The translations under genes were made by a program, and so were the position numbers. Shown piece after piece: positions 47,761 through 57,669 of a DNA stretch of 64,000 nt (its first letter is position 1; each line of letters begins with the position of its first letter). Source of the stretch: Kofleriaceae bacterium. Its GTDB lineage: Bacteria > Myxococcota_A > Polyangia > Haliangiales > Haliangiaceae. The notes below the pieces were generated by a model. The model saw nothing but the letters and a program-made list of their open reading frames with translations, was not told the DNA's origin and did no database searches. The stretch spans positions 128,001 through 192,000 of the forward strand of contig CBDCCZ010000042.1 of the NCBI GenBank assembly GCA_965215005.1, written 5' to 3'.

Positions 47761-47845
47761 AGGCACCTCATTCTGCAAACGGCGAATGCACCGCCTTGCC
47801 GACAACAAGGCTCCGGCAGCTTTGCGAGCCAGGCAGCAGCAGTGT

Positions 47846-48778
47846 TCACTCGCGTGGCTCGAACGCGCCGAGGAGACGCGCTAGTTGCGGCATGCGCAAC
47901 GCCAGCCAATTCCCCACGCGCTCGAGACGAAAGAAGCATAGGTACGCGAAGCCGAGACACTGATACGGAAACAGAATGAACATCAGCCCCAAGATGCCCA
48001 GGTGAAACGCCATCACCAAGCCAACCCACATTGCAGCGAAGCGACGCCGCAAGAGCGCGAGCGGCGCGGCCAGCTCGACCACGATGGTGACGGCCGCCAA
48101 CGCACGAAAGAGCCAATGAGCGCGGAGGAGCGGGGTTGCTAGCGGCGAATGAACGTCACCCAATAGGAGCTTGCGCGCGTTGTCGATAGCGACGTAATTG
48201 CGCAACGCATCCCCCCACACCCAGCCCATGCCGGCACCGCGCAGCTTGGCCACGCCAGCCAAGACATACGCCAACACCACCACCGCCATCATTAGCTTTA
48301 GCGGCCAGCCATAGCGGACGTCTGCGCTTGCTGGCGAAGGACGACGCCGCGCATCGAGCGACCACGCATCGGCCGAGGGCACCAGCGCCAAGATAATGAC
48401 ATGCAGCACCAAGAGATTCTCGGTGTGGAAGATCATTCCCCACGAGCTGCGGTAGCTCAGCTGCCAAAGGAGCAACAGGCCAAACAATGGGCCGGTGATG
48501 CGAAACCGCCAGCCGAGAAAGAACGGCACCGAAGCCGCTACTGTGAGCCACGCCAGCAGCGTCACCACCGCGGGCAACAGCGCGCGATCCAGCAGCAGCG
48601 CGACCGGCCCCACCGGCGCGAGCTCGCCTGGGTGATAGCGCGCAACTGCCAGCCAATCGGGCAACCGCGCCACCAGATAGATGCAGCAAAACAGCCCCAC
48701 GAGCAACCGCGTCAGGCCCAACCGAGCCGCCGGCGCAGGCGCCCTCCAGTAGCGATCGAACGCGGCCAAGATCTTCAA
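47846..48778 (-). CDS. HTTM-domain membrane protein (vitamin K-dependent carboxylase-like TM domain)
   Basis: [35 protein letters not shown]...W..G, VELAAP, FHLGI; TTG start overlaps the upstream stop (TTGA). Confidence 0.82.
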   Translation of the reverse strand: MKILAAFDRYWRAPAPAARLGLTRLLVGLFCCIYLVARLPDWLAVARYHPGELAPVGPVALLLDRALLPAVVTLLAWLTVAASVPFFLGWRFRITGPLFGLLLLWQLSYRSSWGMIFHTENLLVLHVIILALVPSADAWSLDARRRPSPASADVRYGWPLKLMMAVVVLAYVLAGVAKLRGAGMGWVWGDALRNYVAIDNARKLLLGDVHSPLATPLLRAHWLFRALAAVTIVVELAAPLALLRRRFAAMWVGLVMAFHLGILGLMFILFPYQCLGFAYLCFFRLERVGNWLALRMPQLARLLGAFEPRE

Positions 48779-49215
48779 CGTGGCACCCGGCAGAGGCCAT
48801 GGATTCGCTCGGCCCCTGCTCGATCGCGCCCCGTGAGATAGGCGATGGCGTCGTGGGTTCCGGTCACGATGCGAATCTCCACCAGCGGGGACCCGGCGGT
48901 CGCGGCGGCCTCGGCGATGCGCTGGCACAGCGCCTTCGTCGCCGACGCGCCTTGCGCCACCGCGGTTGCGATCATCGAACGCGCCTGCAACACCTCCCGC
49001 GTGCCGAGCAACGCCGGCTCGATGGAACGGCGCTGCCCATCCGCGGTGACGCCCACGGCGTACTGCACCTCGATCGTCGCGTCTTCGCGCGCCCTTGCGA
49101 ACATCGGGTAGCTCGACAGCGGAAAGCTATCCTCGCCTCGCTTCCACGTCAGCGGCCACGCCACAGCGCCCATCACGACGATACTCACCAGGTATGCATA
49201 GAGCCGCGTGCCCAT
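48775..49215 (-). CDS. Hypothetical exported protein, partner of the HTTM gene
   Basis: N-terminal TM then [11 protein letters not shown]; two Cys; coupled to the HTTM gene. Confidence 0.7.
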   Translation of the reverse strand: MGTRLYAYLVSIVVMGAVAWPLTWKRGEDSFPLSSYPMFARAREDATIEVQYAVGVTADGQRRSIEPALLGTREVLQARSMIATAVAQGASATKALCQRIAEAAATAGSPLVEIRIVTGTHDAIAYLTGRDRAGAERIHGLCRVPR

Positions 49216-49237
49216 CGTGAAGCTCCTCGAGCAGCGA

Positions 49238-50572
49238 TCAAGCGTCGTCTATCTCCGCTCGACGCGCGCGGCGATTGAGCGCGCGCGAGCCAACATAAAC
49301 CAGCAACCCCATCGCGAACGTCACCGCCGCCCACAGCGCCGCGCGAGGCTGCGCAGAAACCACCCAAAACGCCATCCAAGCCGATAATCCAATGAACGCG
49401 ATTGGCGTCACTGGATAGCCAATCGCGCGGTAGCCCTTGGTCACGACGCCACTGCGGCGCTCACGCGCGCGGAACACGAACACGCTCGCCACTGTCGCGG
49501 CTGCAAACACTGACAACGTGAAGCCGATATAGCGAATCAGTTGATCGAGGGGCTCCCACACGAAAAATATCGCCAGCGCCCCTTGCAACAGCACCGCCAG
49601 CACTGGCGCGCCGCGGCGGTTGCGCCGCGCGAGCACGCTTGGCAGCGCGTGATCCTCGGCCATCGCGGTGTAGACGCGGGGACCGGCCATCACCATGGCG
49701 CTCACCGCCGACACCAACGCCAGGGCAATCAACGTGGAGAGCAGATTTCCCGCCTCGCGACCAAACAACGCCACCGCCGCGACATGGCCAACTTCGCCCA
49801 CTCCGGCAAGCGTCGCCGGAGCGGCAGCGTAAAAGTAAACCACGTTTAAGAGCACATACAGCGCCGTCACCAGCGCGGTGCCGAGCAGCAGCGCGCGCGG
49901 CAAGACTCGCTCGGGATCACGCACCTCGCCGGCGAGATACGCGGCCGCGTTCCACCCCGAGTAGGTAAACGCCACGAAGATGAGCGACACCCCGAACTGC
50001 TCGCTTAGCACCGCCTCCAGACCTACGCCGCGTGCTTCGAAGTGCTGCCAAGAGCCCTCTCCCACCGCCAAACCAGCGGCGATAAAGACGCCGATCAGCA
50101 GCACCTTGAGCACCGTAAACGCCGTTTGCACCCGGCTGCCGAGGACGACGTCGGTCGCGTGCACCGCGGTCATCAACACGATCAGCACCACCGCTGGCCA
50201 ACGCGCCGGCAACCCTTCGAACACCGCATGGACGTAGCCGTCGAAGGCGATGGCCGCGGCCGCAATGGGAGCCGAAAATCCGGCTATCAACGACACCCAT
50301 CCCGAAAGAAAGCCAACCACGGGATGATAGGCCTGGCGCAGATAGACGTACTCGCCACCCACGCGCGGCATCCGCACCGCCAGCTCGGCGTACACCGCCG
50401 CGCCGCACAGCGCCAGCACACCTCCGACGAGCCAGCCGATGAGAATCGCGCCAGCGTCGCCCAGGTCGGCCGCCATGAAACCCGAGGTGGTAAAGATGCC
50501 GGTGCCGATCATGTTTGCAACCACGATGGCCGTGGCGGCAACCAGCCCGAGCTTTCGCGACGGCGCGCTCAT
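49238..50572 (-). CDS. APC-family amino acid permease
   Basis: ANMIGTGIF, YAEL..RMPRVGGEYVYL, FTYSGWN, GEVRDP, GYPVTP; start ATG 50572. Confidence 0.93.
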   Translation of the reverse strand: MSAPSRKLGLVAATAIVVANMIGTGIFTTSGFMAADLGDAGAILIGWLVGGVLALCGAAVYAELAVRMPRVGGEYVYLRQAYHPVVGFLSGWVSLIAGFSAPIAAAAIAFDGYVHAVFEGLPARWPAVVLIVLMTAVHATDVVLGSRVQTAFTVLKVLLIGVFIAAGLAVGEGSWQHFEARGVGLEAVLSEQFGVSLIFVAFTYSGWNAAAYLAGEVRDPERVLPRALLLGTALVTALYVLLNVVYFYAAAPATLAGVGEVGHVAAVALFGREAGNLLSTLIALALVSAVSAMVMAGPRVYTAMAEDHALPSVLARRNRRGAPVLAVLLQGALAIFFVWEPLDQLIRYIGFTLSVFAAATVASVFVFRARERRSGVVTKGYRAIGYPVTPIAFIGLSAWMAFWVVSAQPRAALWAAVTFAMGLLVYVGSRALNRRARRAEIDDA

Positions 50573-51612
50573 GGGCCGGCGGGTACGTGCCGCTCGAGAA
50601 ACGCAAACGAGTCGCGCCAACAGCGCTGCGCCGCAGGCCGCCACACCAGCGCGAAGAACGCATGCATCTCGCCCGGGTAGTAGTGCATCTCGCGCACTGC
50701 GCCGCGGGCCGCGGCAATCTGCTCGAGGCGCCGCGTGTCGTCGAGCAACGGGTCACGCGTGCCCACCGCGGAAAACAGCGCTGGCAACGGCCGATCCGGA
50801 TGCTGCTCCTCGAGCACCACCAGCGGGCTGGCCAGCTCGGCGGAAGGCGCGCTGCCGAGATAGCTTTGCGCGACATCGGCGATGACGTCGGTCACCACCC
50901 GCGGCAGCTTGCGACGCTCGCCGAACCGCGCGTGACGGCTCACCTCGAGGATGCCGCAGTACGGCATGCACACGCGCGGCGGGCGGTTCCGCGCAAACAC
51001 GCGCTGGGCAAATGGCTCGGGTCGGCGGTAGCAGCTCGCCACCGTCACGGCGAGCGCCAAGTTGGCACCGGCGGACTCGCCGGCGACCACCATGCGCGCG
51101 GCATCGCCGCCGTAGCGATGGACGTTGTCTAGCGCCCATTCATAAGCGGCGCAGGTATCCTCCAGCGCCGCCGGAAACGGATGTTGCGGCGCCAGTCGAT
51201 AGTTGATGGTGAGGACCACGTAACCGGCGCGCGCAAACATCAGCGCAAGCGGCCAATGAGTATCCTTCGAACAAGTACAGAAACCACCACCGTGGATGTA
51301 CAGCACCACCGGTCGCAGCGTCCCGCAGCCGCGAGGCCGGTAAACATCGAGCTGGTGCGCGATCGATCCATCAGCGACATAGTTGAGATTGGCGATGATC
51401 TCCACGTCGCCTCGAGCCGCTCGCGCGCGCGGGTGCATCCGCGCAGCGCTCGAGACGCCGCGCAGGACACTCTCGGAGACGACCGTTTTGACCCGCCGAC
51501 TCCATTGCGCGCGCCGCCCGAGCCGCCGCGGAGTCGCTGGCGCAGCGGTCAACGCATCCTCGAGAAGCGCCGCCTCAGCGCGCGCCTCGGGCGACGAATT
51601 ACTAGCCGTCAT
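50569..51612 (-). CDS. Alpha/beta hydrolase (HSL family esterase/lipase)
   Basis: HGGGF, NYRLAPQHPFPAALED, GESAG, DPLLD, HAF; start ATG 51612 after SD GGAGG. Confidence 0.93.
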   Translation of the reverse strand: MTASNSSPEARAEAALLEDALTAAPATPRRLGRRAQWSRRVKTVVSESVLRGVSSAARMHPRARAARGDVEIIANLNYVADGSIAHQLDVYRPRGCGTLRPVVLYIHGGGFCTCSKDTHWPLALMFARAGYVVLTINYRLAPQHPFPAALEDTCAAYEWALDNVHRYGGDAARMVVAGESAGANLALAVTVASCYRRPEPFAQRVFARNRPPRVCMPYCGILEVSRHARFGERRKLPRVVTDVIADVAQSYLGSAPSAELASPLVVLEEQHPDRPLPALFSAVGTRDPLLDDTRRLEQIAAARGAVREMHYYPGEMHAFFALVWRPAAQRCWRDSFAFLERHVPAGP

Positions 51613-51815
51613 GAATCCTCCGCGGCGCTTCGCCGCGACCAGCAGGGTAGCGAAGTCACGCCTCACGAGAAAGCTCCCAGGAGCCGATGCCAAGCCAAAG
51701 CCCCCCCGGGCGAGCCAGCCGCCCCAGGCCAAAGCACCGGGGACCTGCCGTGGACGCGGCGCGGCTGGTCATGACCGCTGAGCTTCGCTAAGGTTTGGCT
51801 GCGAGAGTCCCTGCC

Positions 51816-52964
51816 GTGCACAGCTACCCACCGCATCCCCTGCCCCCGCGCGGCCCGAGCGCCGCCACCCGTTGGCTCGCGCTGCTGCTGATACTCGTTG
51901 CCGGCGCGTTGGTGTTTACGGTGTGGCGCCAGCGCAGCCAGCGGATTGAGACGCCGCGGCCGGCAGAGCCGCGGGCGATCACGCCGGCGGGCAACCTCGC
52001 TGAAGACGAGCAGGCCACGATCCAGCTGTTTCGCGAGGCGTCTCCGTCGGTGGTTCACATCACCAGCTTGGAGAGTCGGCAGGGTCGCTTGAGCCTCAAC
52101 ATGTTCGAGATTCCACAGGGCACCGGCTCCGGCTTCCTGTGGGACGATCAGGGCAACGTCGTCACGAACTTTCACGTCATCCAAAACGCCGACCGGGTGG
52201 AGGTAACGCTTTCGGACAACACCGTGTACTCGGGCACGGTGGTTGGGACGGCGCCCGATAAAGACTTGGCGGTCGTCAAAATCGAAGCGCCTCCCGAGAA
52301 GCTCAAGGCGCTGGGCATCGGCACCTCGAACAACCTGCAAGTTGGACAAAAAGTCTTCGCGATCGGCAATCCGTTTGGTCTCGATCAAACCCTCACGACC
52401 GGCGTCATCAGCGGCCTCGGGCGCGAGATCAAGTCGGTTAGCAAGCGGCCGATTTACGACGTCATTCAAACCGACGCACCGATCAATCCCGGCAACAGCG
52501 GGGGTCCCCTACTCGACAGCTCGGGCCGACTCATCGGCGTCAACACGGCGATTTACAGCCCCTCGGGGGCGTATGCGGGCATTGGGTTTGCCGTCCCCGT
52601 CGATACCATCAACCGAATCATCCCGCAGCTCGTCGAGAGCGGCACCATCGTACGGCCGGGGCTCGGCATCCACATTGGCAGCGATCAGCTCGCCACACAG
52701 CTCCGCCGCGAAGGCGTGCTGATCATGGACGTGGCGCCCGATAGCGCCGCAGCGCGCGCGGGCCTGCAGGGCATGGCCTCCAGCCCAAACGGTCGCTGGA
52801 CCTTGGGCGACGTCATCGTCGGCATCGACGGCACCCCTATCCAGAGCTCGAGCGATCTTTATCGACTGCTCGATGAGCGCAAGGTGGGCGACTCTATCGA
52901 GCTCACGGTCGAGCGCAACGGTGAACGCCGCCAGGTCGAGGTCACGCTGCAGCCACTGCCGTGA
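51816..52964 (+). CDS. htrA: HtrA/DegP-family serine protease with one PDZ domain
   Basis: TM anchor; GSGF, TNFHV, DLAV, IGNPFG, QTDAPINPGNSGGPL; PDZ; start GTG 51816 or TTG 51795. Confidence 0.93.
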   Translation: MHSYPPHPLPPRGPSAATRWLALLLILVAGALVFTVWRQRSQRIETPRPAEPRAITPAGNLAEDEQATIQLFREASPSVVHITSLESRQGRLSLNMFEIPQGTGSGFLWDDQGNVVTNFHVIQNADRVEVTLSDNTVYSGTVVGTAPDKDLAVVKIEAPPEKLKALGIGTSNNLQVGQKVFAIGNPFGLDQTLTTGVISGLGREIKSVSKRPIYDVIQTDAPINPGNSGGPLLDSSGRLIGVNTAIYSPSGAYAGIGFAVPVDTINRIIPQLVESGTIVRPGLGIHIGSDQLATQLRREGVLIMDVAPDSAAARAGLQGMASSPNGRWTLGDVIVGIDGTPIQSSSDLYRLLDERKVGDSIELTVERNGERRQVEVTLQPLP

Positions 52965-53774
52965 CTACGCACCGCGACGCCGGCGCATTGCCCAGAGACC
53001 CACGAGGAGCACGAGCCCCATCGCCTGCGGCTGGGCGACGCGACAACTGCTGCTAACGTCGTCCTCCGCGATGCCCGCGTCTGGAGGCAGGCTGGCGCCG
53101 GCGCAAGGGCCCTCGGCGAGGACCAAGTCGATGTCCTCGCCGTAGTAGAAGCGCAAGATGCGGTCGTAGAGCCAGCCTTGCTCGGCGAGGCACGCCGCGC
53201 CGTTTTGCGACTTGCAGCCGCGGTTGGCGTCGTTGCTGGGACTGATGAAGCCAAGCGCGGTCTGCTCGACCTCGTCGCCCATGTTGCCTTCGTTGTAGGT
53301 AACGAAGGCCTCGGTGGCGGTTGGATCCATGCCGCCGCCACGGCACGATGGCCCCATCTGCAGCGCTCCGGCAACGTAAAACGCCGCCACTTGCACGCCG
53401 CGATACTGCAGCACCTGACCGGCGGTTTCTTCCACCGCGCGGTAGTGCTGTGGCTCGGGCTCGCGGCCGCAGCTGTAGACTTGATCGCCGGTGCCATCGC
53501 TGATCTCGCCGGTCGTGTCGAGGCGATAATAAAGATACGAGCGAGCGGCCACCGCTTGCGCTTTGAGCGCCTCGAAGCCAGCGGCGCCGTTTTCGCAGGA
53601 GATCACGCGCGGCAGATAGTCCGTCTCGACCTCCACCAGCCCCACCTCGGTGACGTCGACACTGCAATACGCGAGCAGCTCCTCGCTGCGCTGGCCGAGC
53701 TCGGGCGCGCAGGCCGCGAACATGCCACCCAGGCATGCGGCGCCCACCAGAGGTACAACGTCGGCGCGCTTCAT
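52965..53774 (-). CDS. SpoIID/LytB-domain protein with MYXO-CTERM-like tail
   Basis: YLPRVISCE, EALKAQAVAARSY, DQVY, AVEETAGQVL, SQNGA, ILRFYY; C-terminal SC...GLVLLVGLWAMRRRR. Confidence 0.85.
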   Translation of the reverse strand: MKRADVVPLVGAACLGGMFAACAPELGQRSEELLAYCSVDVTEVGLVEVETDYLPRVISCENGAAGFEALKAQAVAARSYLYYRLDTTGEISDGTGDQVYSCGREPEPQHYRAVEETAGQVLQYRGVQVAAFYVAGALQMGPSCRGGGMDPTATEAFVTYNEGNMGDEVEQTALGFISPSNDANRGCKSQNGAACLAEQGWLYDRILRFYYGEDIDLVLAEGPCAGASLPPDAGIAEDDVSSSCRVAQPQAMGLVLLVGLWAMRRRRGA

Positions 53775-53837
53775 CGCGCTTCACGGTAGCACGATGCAGC
53801 GGCTACTCGGCAGCCACGTGCTCCGCGCTGAATGCAG

Positions 53838-55241
53838 TCAAGAGTCACCGGCCGCGCCCGTGACCTCGAGCACGCCGGAGCACGAAACTTCGATCAGTCC
53901 GGTCGCCGAATCCCGCGCAGCGTCGAGCTGCTGGCCGTTGCACACCGCGGTGAAGCCAGGCTCCGCTCGCTGCGGAACGTAAATCACGTGCTCACCGCTG
54001 CCCGACGTCTCGAGCCGCAGCCGATCGGCGGCCGCATCGTAGTCGAGCGCGATCACCTGCCCAGCGATGCGCTCAGCGTGGGTCCGCGAGACCCAAGCGA
54101 CGACCCGCGGACGAAGCACCCACGCATCCTCGACGCGGTCAAAGAGCCCCCACTTGCCCTGGCTGTCTTCTTTCCACAACCAGAAGGCGTTGGAGGCGAG
54201 ATACTCGCTGTGGAGCTCGCTCTGCAGCGCCATCCACAAATCGGCATTGGTTGTGTCGGGACCGACGCCAAACTCGCCAATGAACAGCGGCGTTCCCCAC
54301 GCCTCGGCCTCTGCACGGGCATTCTCGACGCTGGGGCGCAGGTCTTCCTTGGAGAGATTTTCCAAGGCTCCTGCGGGCGCGGCAAAGACAAAGGTATACA
54401 CGTGCGGCGAGTACACCGCCCCTGGCACCGGAAACGGCGCGTTCGCCAGCGGCTGACTATCGGTGAAGTTGCGGTACACCGGCGGCTCAAAGAACACCAG
54501 CTTGTGCGGCGCCGCCTGCCGCACCGCCTCTGCGGCGGCGACATCAAAGACGCGCAGCTCGCTTGCGGCGGCTTGCGGCTCGTTGAAGAGCTCGAAGCCC
54601 AGCACCATTGGATGCTCCGCGTAGCGCGCCGCAACCACGGCCAGCATGGCGCGAAACTCGGCCTGAAGGCCCTTGGCGTCGCTAGGATCGAAGAAACTGC
54701 TGAACGCCGCCTGCACTTGCATCGACAACCGGCGACGCATCAACTCGGCCGCGCTGAGCGGGCCTCCGAGCAACATCTCGGGCTCTGGCTCGATAGCCCA
54801 CAGCGGCGCGCCATCCTCGCCAATGTGCTTGGAATACGCATCTTGGTGCAGGTCGACGATCACGTAGAGTCCCGCCTCGGCCGCACAGGCGATGGCCGCA
54901 TCGACCCGCTGCAGATACACCTCCGAGATAACGTCGCGCTCCGGCTCCACGCCGCTCCAGTTGATCGGCAAGCGCAGCGTATTGAAGCCAAGCGCGCGCA
55001 TCTGCCGACAATCCTCGGCAGCCAGCGGCGGCACTTCCTCGTTCGGCAGCCGATCGTCGTCGAAGCCGACGTCGAACACGCCATCGACGCGGGCGTTGAT
55101 GCCACGCAGGAGCACGACGCGACCCTGCTCGTCACGAAACTGCCCGTCGCCTGCGGTCAGCGGCGAGAACGTGGGACCACCGTCGTCGCCACAACCTGGC
55201 AGGGCGGCGCAAGCGAGTAGCACGAGAAGCGGTGCACGCAT
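53838..55241 (-). CDS. GH5 glycoside hydrolase lipoprotein (endoglycoceramidase-like)
   Basis: Lipobox LPGC; FRDEQGRVVLLRGIN, WSGVEP, DLHQDAYS, GAPLW, FNEP, HVY, IGEFG. Confidence 0.88.
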   Translation of the reverse strand: MRAPLLVLLACAALPGCGDDGGPTFSPLTAGDGQFRDEQGRVVLLRGINARVDGVFDVGFDDDRLPNEEVPPLAAEDCRQMRALGFNTLRLPINWSGVEPERDVISEVYLQRVDAAIACAAEAGLYVIVDLHQDAYSKHIGEDGAPLWAIEPEPEMLLGGPLSAAELMRRRLSMQVQAAFSSFFDPSDAKGLQAEFRAMLAVVAARYAEHPMVLGFELFNEPQAAASELRVFDVAAAEAVRQAAPHKLVFFEPPVYRNFTDSQPLANAPFPVPGAVYSPHVYTFVFAAPAGALENLSKEDLRPSVENARAEAEAWGTPLFIGEFGVGPDTTNADLWMALQSELHSEYLASNAFWLWKEDSQGKWGLFDRVEDAWVLRPRVVAWVSRTHAERIAGQVIALDYDAAADRLRLETSGSGEHVIYVPQRAEPGFTAVCNGQQLDAARDSATGLIEVSCSGVLEVTGAAGDS

Positions 55242-55339
55242 GCTCGCAGGCTATCACCGACGACCGCGGTCAGCGCCCGCTACGCGCGTGCGCCGTGGTG
55301 CCTCGACGGAAGCGCGGCAACCGCTGATAATGCCGAGCC

Positions 55340-55861
55340 ATGGGAACGAATCGTCCCGAAACGCCGCATCACATGCTCCTTCGCTGCCACGATCGCATGG
55401 AGGAGGAGTTGAGCCTGCTCGCCGAGTGCATCGATCGCCTCGGCGGCGGCAACCGAGATACCGAGGCCATCGAGCGCCTCGGCGACATCGCAGCGTTCTT
55501 CAATCGCACCAACCCGCGACACATTGCCGACGAAGAGGAGAGCCTGTTTCCACGGCTACGCGCTCACGACGAGCCAGCGCTGCATCAGGTCCTCGACGCT
55601 CTCACTGCCGAGCATCGCGAGCAGCGCGCCTTGGAAACCGAGCTCGCCGACATTGCCGCGCGCCTCGCCAAAGGCGCCGATACAGCGGCGCTGGGGCCGC
55701 ACCTCGCGCAAATCGCGACCGCCCTCATCGCGGCCTACAGCGACCACATTCGCATCGAAAATGAGGTTCTGATCGCCGCCATCGACACCCATCTCTCGCC
55801 AAAGGTGCAGGCCGAGGCGTTTGCCGAGATGCGCGCGCGCCGCGGTCACGACCGGCGCTGA
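55340..55861 (+). CDS. Hemerythrin/HHE cation-binding domain protein
   Basis: CHDR, HIADEEESLFP, EHRE, HIRIENEVL, EMRARR. Confidence 0.88.
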   Translation: MGTNRPETPHHMLLRCHDRMEEELSLLAECIDRLGGGNRDTEAIERLGDIAAFFNRTNPRHIADEEESLFPRLRAHDEPALHQVLDALTAEHREQRALETELADIAARLAKGADTAALGPHLAQIATALIAAYSDHIRIENEVLIAAIDTHLSPKVQAEAFAEMRARRGHDRR

Positions 55862-55901
55862 GCGCCGTCGCCGGCTGCGACGTTGCGACCACCAAGGGCG
55901 A

Positions 55902-56822
55902 TCATTTCTTGCGCGACTTGCGAGCGGGGCTCGCCGCAGGTTTCGTGGGTGACGGCGCCGGAGCGGCGGGCAACGGCGCGCCGCGCAGCTCGGGAGTCGC
56001 AGCGGTGCGCCGGTAGATCATGACCATCGTCAGCAATCCACAGATGAGCACGACGACGCTCATCCATTGGGCAAACGTGAAGCCCAGATAGCGCGGATCG
56101 CTTTCCGTAAAGCGCAAGTATTCAAAGAAGAATCGTGCCGGTGGATAGGCAATTGCCAAATAGGCAATGACGAAACCATGCGGCCGTCTGCCAGTGCGCT
56201 TGAGCAGCCACATTCCAGCCAATACGACGAGTAAGTAGAGAAACTCGTACAACCCCAGATCGTGATGCGGCCCCGGCTGTACGCCGTGCTTCGAGGCCTG
56301 CTCGAGGTTCAGATGAATGGCCAGCGGAAAATCTGCCGGTGCCATCTTACCGAGATGATCATGGACGATGGTGCAGCCAATGCGGCCGATGGTGAAACCG
56401 GGCGCCAATCCCCAAAGGATGGCGTCGCCGTAGGGCAGAAACGCCAGGTTGTGCTTGCGAACGTAGAATACGAAGGAGACAAACCCACCGATGAAGCCGC
56501 CATAGGAGGAGATGCCGGCCCATATTTTAATGAGCAACAGCGGGTCCTCTGCGAGCCGATCCGGCGTGTAGACGAGGACGTCAAAGAGGTGCGCGCCGAT
56601 GAACCCGCCGACCACGATGGTGAAGATGAGCTTCCGCAAATGCTCATCGTCGAGATTGACCCGCTCGCCGTAGCGACGACCGAGGGACGCGCCGACGAGA
56701 ACGCCCGTAGCGACCAAGATCCCAAACGGCTGTATGGTGAGGGGCCCGAGCCCGAGATCGATCGGCGGCAGCGTGAAGTACGGAATGGTCGCGAGCGTGG
56801 CGAGAAGAGCGACGTGCATCAT
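55902..56822 (-). CDS. lgt: Prolipoprotein diacylglyceryl transferase (Lgt family)
   Basis: GGFIGAH, IWAGISSYGGFIGG, IGRIGC, LYE, RFFFEYLR, AQW; start 56822 or 56819 (ORF-track extension rejected). Confidence 0.88.
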   Translation of the reverse strand: MMHVALLATLATIPYFTLPPIDLGLGPLTIQPFGILVATGVLVGASLGRRYGERVNLDDEHLRKLIFTIVVGGFIGAHLFDVLVYTPDRLAEDPLLLIKIWAGISSYGGFIGGFVSFVFYVRKHNLAFLPYGDAILWGLAPGFTIGRIGCTIVHDHLGKMAPADFPLAIHLNLEQASKHGVQPGPHHDLGLYEFLYLLVVLAGMWLLKRTGRRPHGFVIAYLAIAYPPARFFFEYLRFTESDPRYLGFTFAQWMSVVVLICGLLTMVMIYRRTAATPELRGAPLPAAPAPSPTKPAASPARKSRKK

Positions 56823-56934
56823 GGGAGCGAGTTCCTTGGGCCCGCCTCTCAGCTGGGCAGACGGCGCCGCGGCACTTGGCGCAGACCCGCTGGGGCGTTG
56901 GCGGCCCAGCCTACAACACAAACGCGGCGCGCGC

Positions 56935-57537
56935 TCATAGCTGCTGATCGAGACGCGAGAGCACGACATCGAGCTCGTCAGCCACGTCCATCGGCACGAT
57001 GAGGCTGCCCTCGGCGCCCGCGGCAATCGCCGCCGCGGCGTACCGCGCCACCGCCGCCCGCGGCACCACGACCGCCACGACCGGAACCTGAGCGCGCACC
57101 AGTGCCGGCAGCAGCGCTCGCGGCTCGGGCGCTGGCACCACCTGATAGCCGGCGTCGCGGAGCAGCGGCCGATGCTGCTCCTCGGCGACCAATACGCTGT
57201 GATCGGCGCGCCGGCCGAGCCGCTGCAGGTACTGCTCGAGGGCCTGCGCAAACCCTTTCGGTGCCTCGGTGATCTCGATACCGGCACCCGCAGAACGCTG
57301 ACAACGCGCCGCCAGCGCAGCATCGAGCACGTGGGCAACCTCACCCTGCACCAAGAAGCTGCCAAGGCCCGGCAGCGTGAGCTCCACCGACACCGCCTGG
57401 CGCCGCTCGAGAGCTTCTTGGGTCGCGATGAACAACCCGCCGCTCGAGAGGTTCTCCGCGTACTCGATGACAAAATCACGCGCCACCGAGAACCGCACCG
57501 CCAAACGCACTCGAAACCGCTCCGACTGACGCTCCAC
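56935..57537 (-). CDS. PilZ-domain protein (Myxococcus paralogous type) with degenerate receiver-like C-terminus
   Basis: RQSER (RxxxR), YAENLSSGGLFI, GEVAHV, GAGIEI. Confidence 0.82.
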   Translation of the reverse strand: MERQSERFRVRLAVRFSVARDFVIEYAENLSSGGLFIATQEALERRQAVSVELTLPGLGSFLVQGEVAHVLDAALAARCQRSAGAGIEITEAPKGFAQALEQYLQRLGRRADHSVLVAEEQHRPLLRDAGYQVVPAPEPRALLPALVRAQVPVVAVVVPRAAVARYAAAAIAAGAEGSLIVPMDVADELDVVLSRLDQQL

Positions 57538-57669
57538 CGTGCAGCCATTCTACGGCCTGCGGCGGCACGCAGCGGCACAAATTGCTCGCGCCGCGTCGCC
57601 TTCCGCGTCGCCTTCCGCGACGAGCTGCGCGCCCGGCTGCAACGCCGGCGTGTGCTATCGTCGCCCGTC

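Noticed and set aside
46740..48928. Long N-terminal extensions of ORFs 46740..48116 and 47846..48928
   Set aside because: They overlap neighbouring genes; the lipobox and stop-start coupling indicate starts at 47732 and 48778
53832..55220. Long antisense and alternative-frame ORFs (also 4932..6182, 22844..23917, 26430..27512 and others)
   Set aside because: Shadow ORFs expected at high GC opposite well-supported genes
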